The notes beneath the pieces were generated by a model. That model worked only from the letters and a program-made list of their open reading frames with translations. It did not search any database and was not told the DNA's origin. Of a DNA stretch of 37,014 bases, positions 1-7,985 are shown piece after piece; position 1 is the stretch's first letter; each line of letters starts with the position of its first letter. The position numbers and the translations under genes are program-made. The DNA comes from a virus. The stretch covers positions 1 to 37,014 of IMG/VR virus record IMGVR_UViG_3300033183_000049; one strand, written 5' to 3'.

Positions 1-141
1 GATTACCTTAGACGACCTAATGACCTACATCAACATAGCCACAGCAGTAGTTGCCGTGGCTTCAACCATAGCAAGCATGACGGATACACCAAAGGACGAT
101 GAGATCATTGGTAAAGTCTATAAGGTGCTTAACGTCTTTGC
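1..141. repeat. Terminal identical repeat, copy 1 (same as 36874..37014)
   Basis: I compared the first 141 nt (gattaccttagacgacc...aacgtctttgc) with the last 141 nt of the window and they match base for base. Confidence 0.95.
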
Positions 142-169
142 GTTGAACTTTGGTAAGTTTAGGAACTAA
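1..169 (+). CDS. Small single-pass membrane protein, holin-like candidate (3' part; the ATG is at 36872 in the duplicated end)
   Basis: Reading from ATG 36872 across the junction gives 56 aa, MITLDDLMTYINIATAVVAVASTIASMTDTPKDDEIIGKVYKVLNVFALNFGKFRN, with stop TAA at 167-169. It has one hydrophobic helix then an amphipathic tail. From memory, the TDTPKDDE...LN..A.N.GK pattern recurs in small phage membrane proteins. Confidence 0.55.
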   Translation, partial: ITLDDLMTYINIATAVVAVASTIASMTDTPKDDEIIGKVYKVLNVFALNFGKFRN

Positions 170-171
170 CT

Positions 172-411
172 ATGGCAATGGATACTCTTTGGAACTTACT
201 CCTTAGCGGTGCATTAGCTCTAGTGGGGTATCAATTTAAAGTTCACATCCAAGACCTCAAGCGTGTTGAACTCCTAGTGAACAAAACACGTGAGGAAGTT
301 GCTAGGGACTACGTGACTAAGGCTGAAGTCCATGCCGACATCAATAGAGTCCTAGACAGACTTGAGAGACTTGATGAGAAACTAGATAGGATGCTTGAGA
401 GGAACAAGTGA
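172..411 (+). CDS. Membrane-anchored coiled-coil protein (79 aa)
   Basis: ATG 172 lies 3 nt after the upstream stop. An N-terminal hydrophobic helix (WNLLLSGALALVGYQF) is followed by a charged helical tail (RLERLDEKLDRMLERNK). No family recognised. Confidence 0.6.
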   Translation: MAMDTLWNLLLSGALALVGYQFKVHIQDLKRVELLVNKTREEVARDYVTKAEVHADINRVLDRLERLDEKLDRMLERNK

Positions 412-1034
412 TGCGCTACGTGCTACTGGTTAGCCTTTTGTTTGCTTTAGTAGCACAAGCACAGAACGAACAAATAGGTGACCTAAATAGTGCCGAGGTT
501 AACACCAACAGCACAGTCAATAGTAACAACAAGACGGACAACAAGACATACAACGGAGCAGGAAGCTCAGGGATGCCGGTGACAACTGCCGTTGCTCCAT
601 CACTTATGTCCTCTGGTAACGATAGTTGCCTAATGTCTCAGACAGTGGCTACACAGTTGTTTGTCTTTGGTAGCTCAGGTGGTAGATACATACAAGACCC
701 TGAGTGTAACCGTAGGAAAGACGCAAAGACCCTAAAGGAACTTGGGTTAACTATTGCTGCAGTAGCCGTCATGTGTACGGACAGAACAACGTGGAGGTCA
801 ATGTTCATTAGCGGAACACCCTGTCCCATGATAGTAAACGCTAGGTTAGTGGTTGGTCGTGTTGCTTACACAGCAATGCGCCAGAACCCAGAGTTATACA
901 TTCCAGACTACAACGAAGACAAATACTATTATGATGCCGTCTTAGGTATTGGCAAGGAGACAACCAGTGAACAAATTGATAGCGACTCTAAGCGTAGTAT
1001 TAGTGAGCGTTTCAGGACAAGCGTCAACCCTTGA
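411..1034 (+). CDS. Secreted protein with cleavable signal peptide (207 aa)
   Basis: ATG 411 overlaps the upstream TGA (TGATG); the ORF track starts at GTG 408. The N-terminus MRYVLLVSLLFALVAQA|QNE looks like a Sec signal peptide with an AXA site. An N/T/S-rich linker is followed by a four-Cys domain. Confidence 0.65.
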   Translation: MRYVLLVSLLFALVAQAQNEQIGDLNSAEVNTNSTVNSNNKTDNKTYNGAGSSGMPVTTAVAPSLMSSGNDSCLMSQTVATQLFVFGSSGGRYIQDPECNRRKDAKTLKELGLTIAAVAVMCTDRTTWRSMFISGTPCPMIVNARLVVGRVAYTAMRQNPELYIPDYNEDKYYYDAVLGIGKETTSEQIDSDSKRSISERFRTSVNP

Positions 1035-1806
1035 TGACCTAGTGAACACCTCAGGTTCTATTGTCAATACATTTGACACGGGTATCAAAGCTGTCGCAGG
1101 TATGCAAAGCTACTCAAATGTTGGTGGTATTGCTCCAGACGGAACTGTGAACGGTGGTATTATTACTCAGGAACAAGCTGATGCTTACAACTTAGCTTTG
1201 AGTAACCTCAACACCACAGTGACAGCTCAGGCTTACTTTGATGCTCAGGCTGAGTCTGCACGTCAAGACCTAGACACAGCCATTAGTAGCTTCGTAGGAG
1301 CTGCAGGGGCAATCATAGAGGTTACCGTAGTTAACAACATGGCCAGTGAAGCACAAGCCTCTGGAGACACTGCACAGGCCGCTGACGTTGAGGCTTACGT
1401 TACGGAAAACAACGTAACTTTGGAAACTCAGGAACTTGACGCATACAATGAAGCACTTACAAACGTTGAAGAGGTGGCTCAAGCCACAGCAGCTTTTACA
1501 GCCGTTGCTCTTAATGCAGACTTGGTTGCTGCTGCAGACCAAGCAGCTCTGGACGCAGGGGCAAGTTATTCCTACGCCAATGAAGCGTACTTTGATAGTG
1601 CTAGTGGTATTGTATCTGTTGACTTTAGTAACTCTGTTGCTTCAGTACAGTTAGACGTATTGTCTTACTTTAAGACTGTTGATGAAGTATTCCTTGAAGG
1701 TGAACAAAATAGTTTTTATCTTACTAGCCCTACTGCTAACCCATGCTTCTTTGAAGCTCCTGAGTTATACGAGCAGTGTGCAATTGACAACAACTTGGTG
1801 TTTTAA
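967..1806 (+). CDS. Secreted Ala/Thr/Asp-rich protein (279 aa)
   Basis: The ORF-track start at 949 is TTG. GTG 967 is preceded by AAGGAGA (954-960, 6-nt spacer) and gives NKLIATLSVVLVSVSGQA|ST, a signal-peptide-like N-terminus. This start overlaps the upstream gene by 68 nt. Confidence 0.6.
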   Translation: MNKLIATLSVVLVSVSGQASTLDDLVNTSGSIVNTFDTGIKAVAGMQSYSNVGGIAPDGTVNGGIITQEQADAYNLALSNLNTTVTAQAYFDAQAESARQDLDTAISSFVGAAGAIIEVTVVNNMASEAQASGDTAQAADVEAYVTENNVTLETQELDAYNEALTNVEEVAQATAAFTAVALNADLVAAADQAALDAGASYSYANEAYFDSASGIVSVDFSNSVASVQLDVLSYFKTVDEVFLEGEQNSFYLTSPTANPCFFEAPELYEQCAIDNNLVF

Positions 1807-2333
1807 TGTCAGGCAAACGTACTACAGACAGCATTGACGACCAGATACAAATGGTCAAGGAAGGCATAGGTAACACTATGCGTAATGCATATATTGCTGC
1901 AGCAATCACTATTGTATCTACGGCGTCGGGTGGCATATGGGCAGCCTCAGAACTCTTTGGTCGCTTTAACGCACTTGAGGCTAACGTTGATGCTGCATTA
2001 GGTGCTGCAGATGTAATCAATGAGAGAGCCAATGGTCTTGCTGAACGACTTAAGGTCATGGAACAACAAATGCAGGACAATGACGTAGGCCAGCTACAGG
2101 GTCGCCTTAGTGAACTAGGTACAAACCTTAAGACCATCATGGACAACCAAGTTCAACTATTGGCTCTGAAGGACAAAGTAGCTGACGTTGAGAAACTAAC
2201 CAGTGAGAATAACATTACTGTTACTACAAAAGTGGAATCTCTAGGTGACGTAGATAAACGCGTAACACGCATACAGACAGAGATTAATGACATTTGGAAG
2301 GCTATGGATGCGTTAAGCAATCCATTGAAGTAA
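1806..2333 (+). CDS. Single-pass membrane protein with long coiled coil (175 aa)
   Basis: TAATG overlap with the upstream gene. One hydrophobic helix (AYIAAAITIVSTASGGIWAA) is followed by about 120 aa of heptad-like helical sequence. The topology fits an i-spanin or a membrane-inserting virion protein, but no lipoprotein partner was found. Confidence 0.6.
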   Translation: MSGKRTTDSIDDQIQMVKEGIGNTMRNAYIAAAITIVSTASGGIWAASELFGRFNALEANVDAALGAADVINERANGLAERLKVMEQQMQDNDVGQLQGRLSELGTNLKTIMDNQVQLLALKDKVADVEKLTSENNITVTTKVESLGDVDKRVTRIQTEINDIWKAMDALSNPLK

Positions 2334-2346
2334 CGAAGAGGTTGTT

Positions 2347-2694
2347 ATGTGGAATTTATTAATAGCTCCTTTGGCTGACCTTGCGAAGCAACACTTTGCA
2401 AATAAAGCTGAAGAGAAACAAGCTAAACATCAGGCAACCATTAAGCGTATTGAAGGCGAGCAGTCTTGGGATGAAACTCAGGCAGCTAACTCAGGTAACT
2501 CTTGGAAGGACGAATGGTTTACCTTGGTGCTTAGTGTACCTCTTATTGGTGCCTTCTTTCCAACTGTAGTTCCATACATTGAGGAAGGCTTTAGAGTGCT
2601 TGACGGTATGCCTGACTTTTACAAAGGTTTCCTAGGTGCAGCAGTAGCTGCTTCCTTTGGTATTAAAGCATTAAGTAACTGGGGTGGTAAATAA
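2347..2694 (+). CDS. Membrane protein, holin-like candidate (115 aa)
   Basis: ATG 2347 with GAAGAGG upstream. A charged N-terminal helix is followed by two hydrophobic helices (FTLVLSVPLIGAFFPTVVPYI and FLGAAVAASFGIKAL). It loosely resembles GTA/phage 3TM-type holins from memory; unverified. Confidence 0.5.
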   Translation: MWNLLIAPLADLAKQHFANKAEEKQAKHQATIKRIEGEQSWDETQAANSGNSWKDEWFTLVLSVPLIGAFFPTVVPYIEEGFRVLDGMPDFYKGFLGAAVAASFGIKALSNWGGK

Positions 2695-5588
2695 TGGGTT
2701 TGGTCAACTTAGACGGTAGTCCTCTTAATTTTACAGCAGTTAACCCGTTGTCTACAGGTCAACAACAGCAGAACACACTTCCTGACTATAGTTGGATGAC
2801 TCCTGCAGCACAGCCTATGTTTGAAACAGCTCCTGTGGTTGACTTGGGTATTGAAACTATTCAACCTATTGAAACTGTCGTTGACCCGTTTGCTGATACT
2901 ACTGTAGACGCAGCTCCTGTTTATGACACCCCTACCTATGTAGCTATAGGGCAAGACGAACAGTTGATGGGTAGTGACCTTGATACTATCTGGGGTAACT
3001 TACGCTCTAATGAAAACCAATACGCCAACACCTATGGAGGCTCTGAAGCAGAGCAACGTATGGCGTACTACGCAGACCCCACTGGTTACGATGCGGGTAT
3101 TCGGGATTTAACCAGCGGTATTCGCCAAGGTGAGCAGGATTACTTAGATTGGGCTACTGAGAATGAAGTGTCAGCTTTTAATTACACAGGTGACCCTAAC
3201 AAGTTTCAAGCTGAAAAAGTATTCTTAAACACCACTGATTTATCAAAAGACCAAGCAATGCGTTTGTTTCAGTTGCAAGACCCTGAGATGTACAGTTACT
3301 TGTCAAGCAAAGGTTCTTGGGTTGACTCCGATGGTGGTGTTCGTTTTGAGTGGGATAACCCTAGCTTTGCTGAACAGTACGCAATTCCATTAGCTAACCT
3401 TGCCTTAAGCTTAGGAAGCTTAGGCACTGGCGGTGCTTGGAATCTTGCTAATACAGCAATAAGCTTAGCTACTGGTGAACTGTCAGTAAAGGACTTCATC
3501 AAGCAGGTGGCAATAAACATCGCCGCAGGTGAACTTGGGGATATGTTGGGTGAAGCAGCAGCTACCTCAGAAACCTATAAGATGGTCAGAGACGCTGTGT
3601 CGGACGTCACTGGTTTAGACACACTTAGCACCGAAGCTATCCTTAATGATGTAGCAGGTAATGTTGCCGTTGGTAACACAGACTTAGAGAGTATTGCTGT
3701 AAGTGCCATTGATACATACAATAAAGCCAATGCCCCTGTGGCTGAATCTAAAGTAGAGGCTCAACAACAGCAAACATTAGTAGACCCTAATGCAGGTCTT
3801 TTATTTACTACTGGTTCAGACGCTCGTGCACCTGTGGCTAGTATTGAGACTGCGCCTTTAGTTGATGACCCTCTGGGTACTACTGAGGCTGCACAAAACT
3901 TTGTAGCAACTCCAGATGTAGTACCAGAAGAAACTGTTGTTACTGATGTAGCTTCACCTTCAGGTATGCTTACAGACACTACCGCACCTACACTAAGTTA
4001 TGACAAATGGTATAACGAAGTTAACTCTCTAGGGGAAGTTCAGTATCTAAAAGACGCTAACGGCAATACGGTCGAAGGTGTCTATGTTAAAGATGGTAAG
4101 ATAGTTGCAGACCCCTTGCTTAACGATCAAATGAGCGCAGGGTCTAAGTTATTGTTGGAAGAGTACGTCCCTGCAATGCAAGAGAAATTAGACAGTGGTG
4201 AGCTATTTACAGGGTCAACTGTTGAAGTATCAGCAACTGAGCATTCTAAAATTGCTGACATGGTTATGGATGAAACAACCTATTTAGATAACCTAAGTGA
4301 CTTGTTTACACCGATTGATAAGCCAGAAGAGGTTGTCGTCACAGCGCAGCCTGAGACTCCACAAGACACTACTTATGATTTAGCTGAGACTTCTCCTTTA
4401 GATTTACAAGACCCCACGTTGGTCTTTACACCCCCTACGCAACCAGAGCCTGTAGAACCTACGCCTACAGAACCTACTCAAGACACAGGAGGTCAACAAG
4501 GAGGTCAACAAGGAGGTCAACAAGGAGGCGGCATGATGCAACCTACTGTACCAACTCCAGTAGAACCTGCTCAACCACGGCAACCAGAGCCTACGCAACC
4601 AACACCAGTTGACCCTACTAAGTCAGAAGAATACAAGGCTTTACAAGGTGACCTAGAAAAAGCCAATGAAGCTAAAAGTGGACTTGAGTCAGAACTAGAA
4701 GACACCAAAGCTGCTTTGGATGACGCTAAAGCTGAGTACGATAACTTGCTTGATAAGTCCAGTGATGAAGCTAAAGGTTTACAAGAAGACATAGACGCAC
4801 TTGAGTTAGGTTTAGAGGGTGTACAGTCAGACCTTGATGCTGCCAATGCTACTGTCTCTGCTAAACAAGGTGAACTAAACGTAGCTAAAGAAGACTACGC
4901 AGCTCTACAGGAACAAGGTAAAGCAGATGTAGCTGAAGCTAAAGCTGAAGGTGAAAAAGCCGTAGAAGCTGCTAAGGCTGAAGGTGAACAAAACGTCAAG
5001 GACGCTGTAGCTGCAGGTGAACAAGCCGTAGCAGACGCCAAAGCCGAAGGTGAGCAAGCTGTTAAAGACGCAGTAGCTGAAGGTGAAGCCGCTGTTAAAG
5101 CTGCAGAAGCTGAAGGTGAAGCTGCTGTTAAAGCTGCTAAAGAAGCTGCAGACAAAGCTGTAGCAGACGCCAAAGCTGCAGGAGAGAAGGCTGTCAAGGA
5201 TGCTGAGGCTAAGGCTGCTTCAGATGCTAAGGCTGCTAAGGAAGCCTCTGACAAAGCTCTAGCGGACGCTAAAGCTGCAGGACAAGCTGCTGTAGATGCT
5301 GCAGTTGCTGCAGTTGCTGCAGGTATTGCTGCTGCAGGTGAAGCAAGAGCTGAAGGATTTGGAGAAGGTAAAGAAGAGGGATATGGTGAAGGTTATGGCG
5401 AGGGTCTTGGAGAAGGTAAAGCCCAGGGATATGGTACTGGGTTATTAGCAGGACAACAAAGGGCAGGTGGTCAGGCATTTACACCATACACAGGAAATAT
5501 TAATACACAGCTTACTCGCGTAGAGTACCCACAACAACAAACAGCAATGGATTACGTAGACCAATTATTAGCGAGATTTAGACAATGA
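2694..5588 (+). CDS. Large virion-associated protein with several low-complexity repeat modules (964 aa)
   Basis: TAATG overlap with the upstream gene and the long uninterrupted ORF. It contains a P/T/Q-rich linker, (GGQQ)3, a coiled-coil stretch, 12 hendecad repeats and G-aromatic-G-E repeats. It sits directly upstream of the putative tail genes. Confidence 0.7.
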   Translation: MGLVNLDGSPLNFTAVNPLSTGQQQQNTLPDYSWMTPAAQPMFETAPVVDLGIETIQPIETVVDPFADTTVDAAPVYDTPTYVAIGQDEQLMGSDLDTIWGNLRSNENQYANTYGGSEAEQRMAYYADPTGYDAGIRDLTSGIRQGEQDYLDWATENEVSAFNYTGDPNKFQAEKVFLNTTDLSKDQAMRLFQLQDPEMYSYLSSKGSWVDSDGGVRFEWDNPSFAEQYAIPLANLALSLGSLGTGGAWNLANTAISLATGELSVKDFIKQVAINIAAGELGDMLGEAAATSETYKMVRDAVSDVTGLDTLSTEAILNDVAGNVAVGNTDLESIAVSAIDTYNKANAPVAESKVEAQQQQTLVDPNAGLLFTTGSDARAPVASIETAPLVDDPLGTTEAAQNFVATPDVVPEETVVTDVASPSGMLTDTTAPTLSYDKWYNEVNSLGEVQYLKDANGNTVEGVYVKDGKIVADPLLNDQMSAGSKLLLEEYVPAMQEKLDSGELFTGSTVEVSATEHSKIADMVMDETTYLDNLSDLFTPIDKPEEVVVTAQPETPQDTTYDLAETSPLDLQDPTLVFTPPTQPEPVEPTPTEPTQDTGGQQGGQQGGQQGGGMMQPTVPTPVEPAQPRQPEPTQPTPVDPTKSEEYKALQGDLEKANEAKSGLESELEDTKAALDDAKAEYDNLLDKSSDEAKGLQEDIDALELGLEGVQSDLDAANATVSAKQGELNVAKEDYAALQEQGKADVAEAKAEGEKAVEAAKAEGEQNVKDAVAAGEQAVADAKAEGEQAVKDAVAEGEAAVKAAEAEGEAAVKAAKEAADKAVADAKAAGEKAVKDAEAKAASDAKAAKEASDKALADAKAAGQAAVDAAVAAVAAGIAAAGEARAEGFGEGKEEGYGEGYGEGLGEGKAQGYGTGLLAGQQRAGGQAFTPYTGNINTQLTRVEYPQQQTAMDYVDQLLARFRQ
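4488..4528 (+). repeat. Perfect 12-nt tandem repeat (ggaggtcaacaa x3.4) encoding (GGQQ)n
   Basis: Units at 4488-4499, 4500-4511 and 4512-4523 are identical, followed by a partial unit ggagg. Confidence 0.9.
4938..5333 (+). repeat. Twelve in-frame 33-nt (11-residue) repeats, consensus A-[KV]-A-E-G-E-x-A-V-x-D
   Basis: The translated stretch AKAEGEKAVEA...AVAAVAAGIAA partitions exactly into 12 x 11 residues. Units 5076-5108 and 5109-5141 are near-identical at the DNA level. Confidence 0.8.
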
Positions 5589-6232
5589 CATATCTACAAT
5601 TAGTAAACAAAGTACTCATACGTCTCCGAGAGGACGAAGTAGCTACCGTTAATCAAACAGCTTACTCCAAGCTTATTGGTGAGTTTGTCAACGATGCGTT
5701 ACGTCAAGTCGAAGACGCTTGGGATTGGTCAGCATTACGTACAACACTAACTATTACAACAAGTGACAATATTTTTAATTATAGCTTGACAAATAGTCAA
5801 AATCGTGTTAAACTATTAGATGTAATCAATGACACCTCTAACTTTTTTATGCAGTACAGAGGTTCTTCTTGGTTTAATAACATCTATCTTAACGCTGACC
5901 CTGCCTCTGGTTCACCTCAGTACTTTACGTTTAACGGTATTGACTCCAGTGGTGACAGTATGGTTGACCTGTATCCTAAGCCTGACGGTGTGTACTCTTT
6001 ACGTTTTAACGCCATACTACGCACTGGAGAGTTAACTGCAGATGCCGATGAGATTGTCATACCAACGTTACCTATTGTTCACTTAGCGGTTGCTTTAGCA
6101 ACACGTGAGCGTGGTGAGTCTGGTGGTAATATGACCCCTGAGTTATTCGCAAGTGCTAGTCAAATGCTTAGTGACGCTATTGCTCTTGACGCAGGTAAAC
6201 ACCCAGAAGAAACTGTCTTTGAGGCTGTATAA
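5585..6232 (+). CDS. Virion structural protein, head-tail adaptor / tail tubular A-like (215 aa)
   Basis: ATGA overlap with the upstream gene. Its position just upstream of a larger structural gene and internal-protein genes parallels the T7 gp11/gp12 order. The assignment rests on position and remembered N-terminal similarity only. Confidence 0.45.
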   Translation: MTYLQLVNKVLIRLREDEVATVNQTAYSKLIGEFVNDALRQVEDAWDWSALRTTLTITTSDNIFNYSLTNSQNRVKLLDVINDTSNFFMQYRGSSWFNNIYLNADPASGSPQYFTFNGIDSSGDSMVDLYPKPDGVYSLRFNAILRTGELTADADEIVIPTLPIVHLAVALATRERGESGGNMTPELFASASQMLSDAIALDAGKHPEETVFEAV

Positions 6233-6234
6233 CG

Positions 6235-7752
6235 ATGGCACAACCACTACAGAACATTAACATTGCTGCTCCTGCATTCAAAGGGTTAAACACTCAGGAT
6301 AGCCCTTTGTCTGGAGACCCGCAGTTTGCTTCTGTAGCTGACAACGTAGTTATTGACTCCTATGGTCGTATTGGTTCACGTAGAGGGTTGACATTATTAA
6401 CTACTGACGCTACAGAACTTGGAAGTGATAAACCTCATGCTCTTCACGAGTACGAGGACGCTGCGGGTAATCTCAAGGTATTCTCCGTTGGTAACAGTAA
6501 AATCCTATCGGGTACAACAACACTAGTTGACGAGACACCTGCAAGTTACACTATTACCGATGAGCATTTTCAGATTGTCAACTTTAATGACAACTGTTAC
6601 TTCTTTAACGCTAGTCACGAACCTTTGGTTTACAACACGACCTTGGGTGCTGTCACTAAGATGTCAAGCATTACAGGTTACTCAGGCACTGCTCCTCAGG
6701 GTTTTATAGCTCTAGGAGCTTTTGGTCGTCTTTGGGTCAGTGGTGTACCAAGTGCTCCAAACATGGTTTACTGGAGTGACTTATTAAGTGGTCATAAGTG
6801 GGACACAGGCACGTCTGGTTCACTTAACTTAGACAAAGTATGGCCTGATGGTAGCGACAGGGTTACTGGTCTTGCTGCATGGAATAACCATTTAGTTATC
6901 TTTGGGTACAACTCTATTGTCATCTACCAAGGTGCTGAGTCTCCTTCAACGATGTCCTTGGCTGACACCATTAGCGGCATTGGCTGTGTAGCTCGTAACA
7001 CCATCCAAGGTACTGGTAGTGACTTATTGTTCTTAAGTGCTCGTGGTGTTATGTCCCTTGGTCGTACCATTCAAGAGAAGTCAGCTCCTTTACGTGACGT
7101 GAGTATGAATGTACGTGATGACCTAATTGCTCTTTGGAAGCTACAGGACGAAGAAATCTATAGCTGCTACTCAGCTCGCTATGGGTTCTACTTGTTGGTC
7201 TTGCCTACAAACAGTGTTGTCTATTGTTTTGACGTAAGGGCATCACTTGAGAATGGAGCATTTAGGGTTACACGTTGGACTACGGACAAGCATTATAGCT
7301 TTGCTGTACGTCAAGACGACACAATCCTTGTGGGTAACTCTAACGGTATCTCAACGTACTCAGGTTACTTGGACAATGGTGACACTTACACAGCTCGGTA
7401 CTTTAGTAATCCATTGAGCTTTGGTGACCCAAGTCACATTAAGTTCCTTAAAAAGATTAACCCTACGTTTATTGGTGGTGCTACAACAACGTTCTCCGTT
7501 AAGTGGGCATATGACTTTGGTAGTGACTACAAAGCACAGACGTACACCTTAGGTGGTTCTACTATTGCATACTACAATGAGTCTGAGTACAACGATGCAG
7601 AGTACACAGCGGGTACACAGGTGTCTGCACCTAAGATTAACTGTACGGGTTCAGGTAACCTAGTAACCATAGGCATGGAGGCAACCATTAACGGTGCTCC
7701 AATATCAATTCAAGAGTTTAATATACAAGCAACGATAGGACGGATGTACTAA
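6235..7752 (+). CDS. Virion structural protein, tail tubular B / nozzle-like (505 aa)
   Basis: ATG 6235 lies 2 nt after the upstream stop. The sequence looks beta-rich. The call is positional (following the gp11-like gene) and was not confirmed by a search. Confidence 0.45.
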   Translation: MAQPLQNINIAAPAFKGLNTQDSPLSGDPQFASVADNVVIDSYGRIGSRRGLTLLTTDATELGSDKPHALHEYEDAAGNLKVFSVGNSKILSGTTTLVDETPASYTITDEHFQIVNFNDNCYFFNASHEPLVYNTTLGAVTKMSSITGYSGTAPQGFIALGAFGRLWVSGVPSAPNMVYWSDLLSGHKWDTGTSGSLNLDKVWPDGSDRVTGLAAWNNHLVIFGYNSIVIYQGAESPSTMSLADTISGIGCVARNTIQGTGSDLLFLSARGVMSLGRTIQEKSAPLRDVSMNVRDDLIALWKLQDEEIYSCYSARYGFYLLVLPTNSVVYCFDVRASLENGAFRVTRWTTDKHYSFAVRQDDTILVGNSNGISTYSGYLDNGDTYTARYFSNPLSFGDPSHIKFLKKINPTFIGGATTTFSVKWAYDFGSDYKAQTYTLGGSTIAYYNESEYNDAEYTAGTQVSAPKINCTGSGNLVTIGMEATINGAPISIQEFNIQATIGRMY

Positions 7753-7985
7753 TGTCAAACTATACAAAAGCAACCGACTTTGCCTCTAAGGACAGTTTGC
7801 CTACAGGTGACCCGTCCAAGATTATCAAAGGCGCAGAAATTAACACAGAGTTCGCTAACATTCAGGTGGCTTGCAATAGCAAAGCTGACGCAGCCAGTGC
7901 AACTCTTACAGGAACAACAACTGCAGAGACGCTAACGGTAACAGGTACGCTCACAGCAGGAACTATTGATGGAGGCACTTACTAA
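7752..7985 (+). CDS. Short tail-fibre-like protein (77 aa)
   Basis: TAATG overlap. The N-terminus (YTKATDFASKDSLPTGDPSKIIKGAEINTEFANIQ) has the pattern I associate with phage tail-fibre N-termini. The C-terminus TIDGGTY matches the end of the 326-aa fibre (TIDGGTF). Confidence 0.55.
   Translation: MSNYTKATDFASKDSLPTGDPSKIIKGAEINTEFANIQVACNSKADAASATLTGTTTAETLTVTGTLTAGTIDGGTY

Noticed and set aside
1-141. Interpreting the 141-nt end duplication as a genuine direct terminal repeat
   Set aside because: The repeat bisects a small ORF, and its length matches a common assembler maximum k-mer. An assembly overlap of a circular or permuted genome is more parsimonious. This is not fully excluded without read data.
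1806-2694. An embedded or overlapping o-spanin (Rz1-like) gene within the TM/coiled-coil genes
   Set aside because: The alternative-frame ORFs here (for example 2381-2569) lack a lipobox Cys after a signal sequence, so no lipoprotein candidate was found.
4571-5254. Antisense ORFs (91 aa and 119 aa) within the 964-aa gene
   Set aside because: They mirror the GCT/GAA/AAA-rich hendecad repeat region and give Ser/Ala/Leu low-complexity translations with no start signals.
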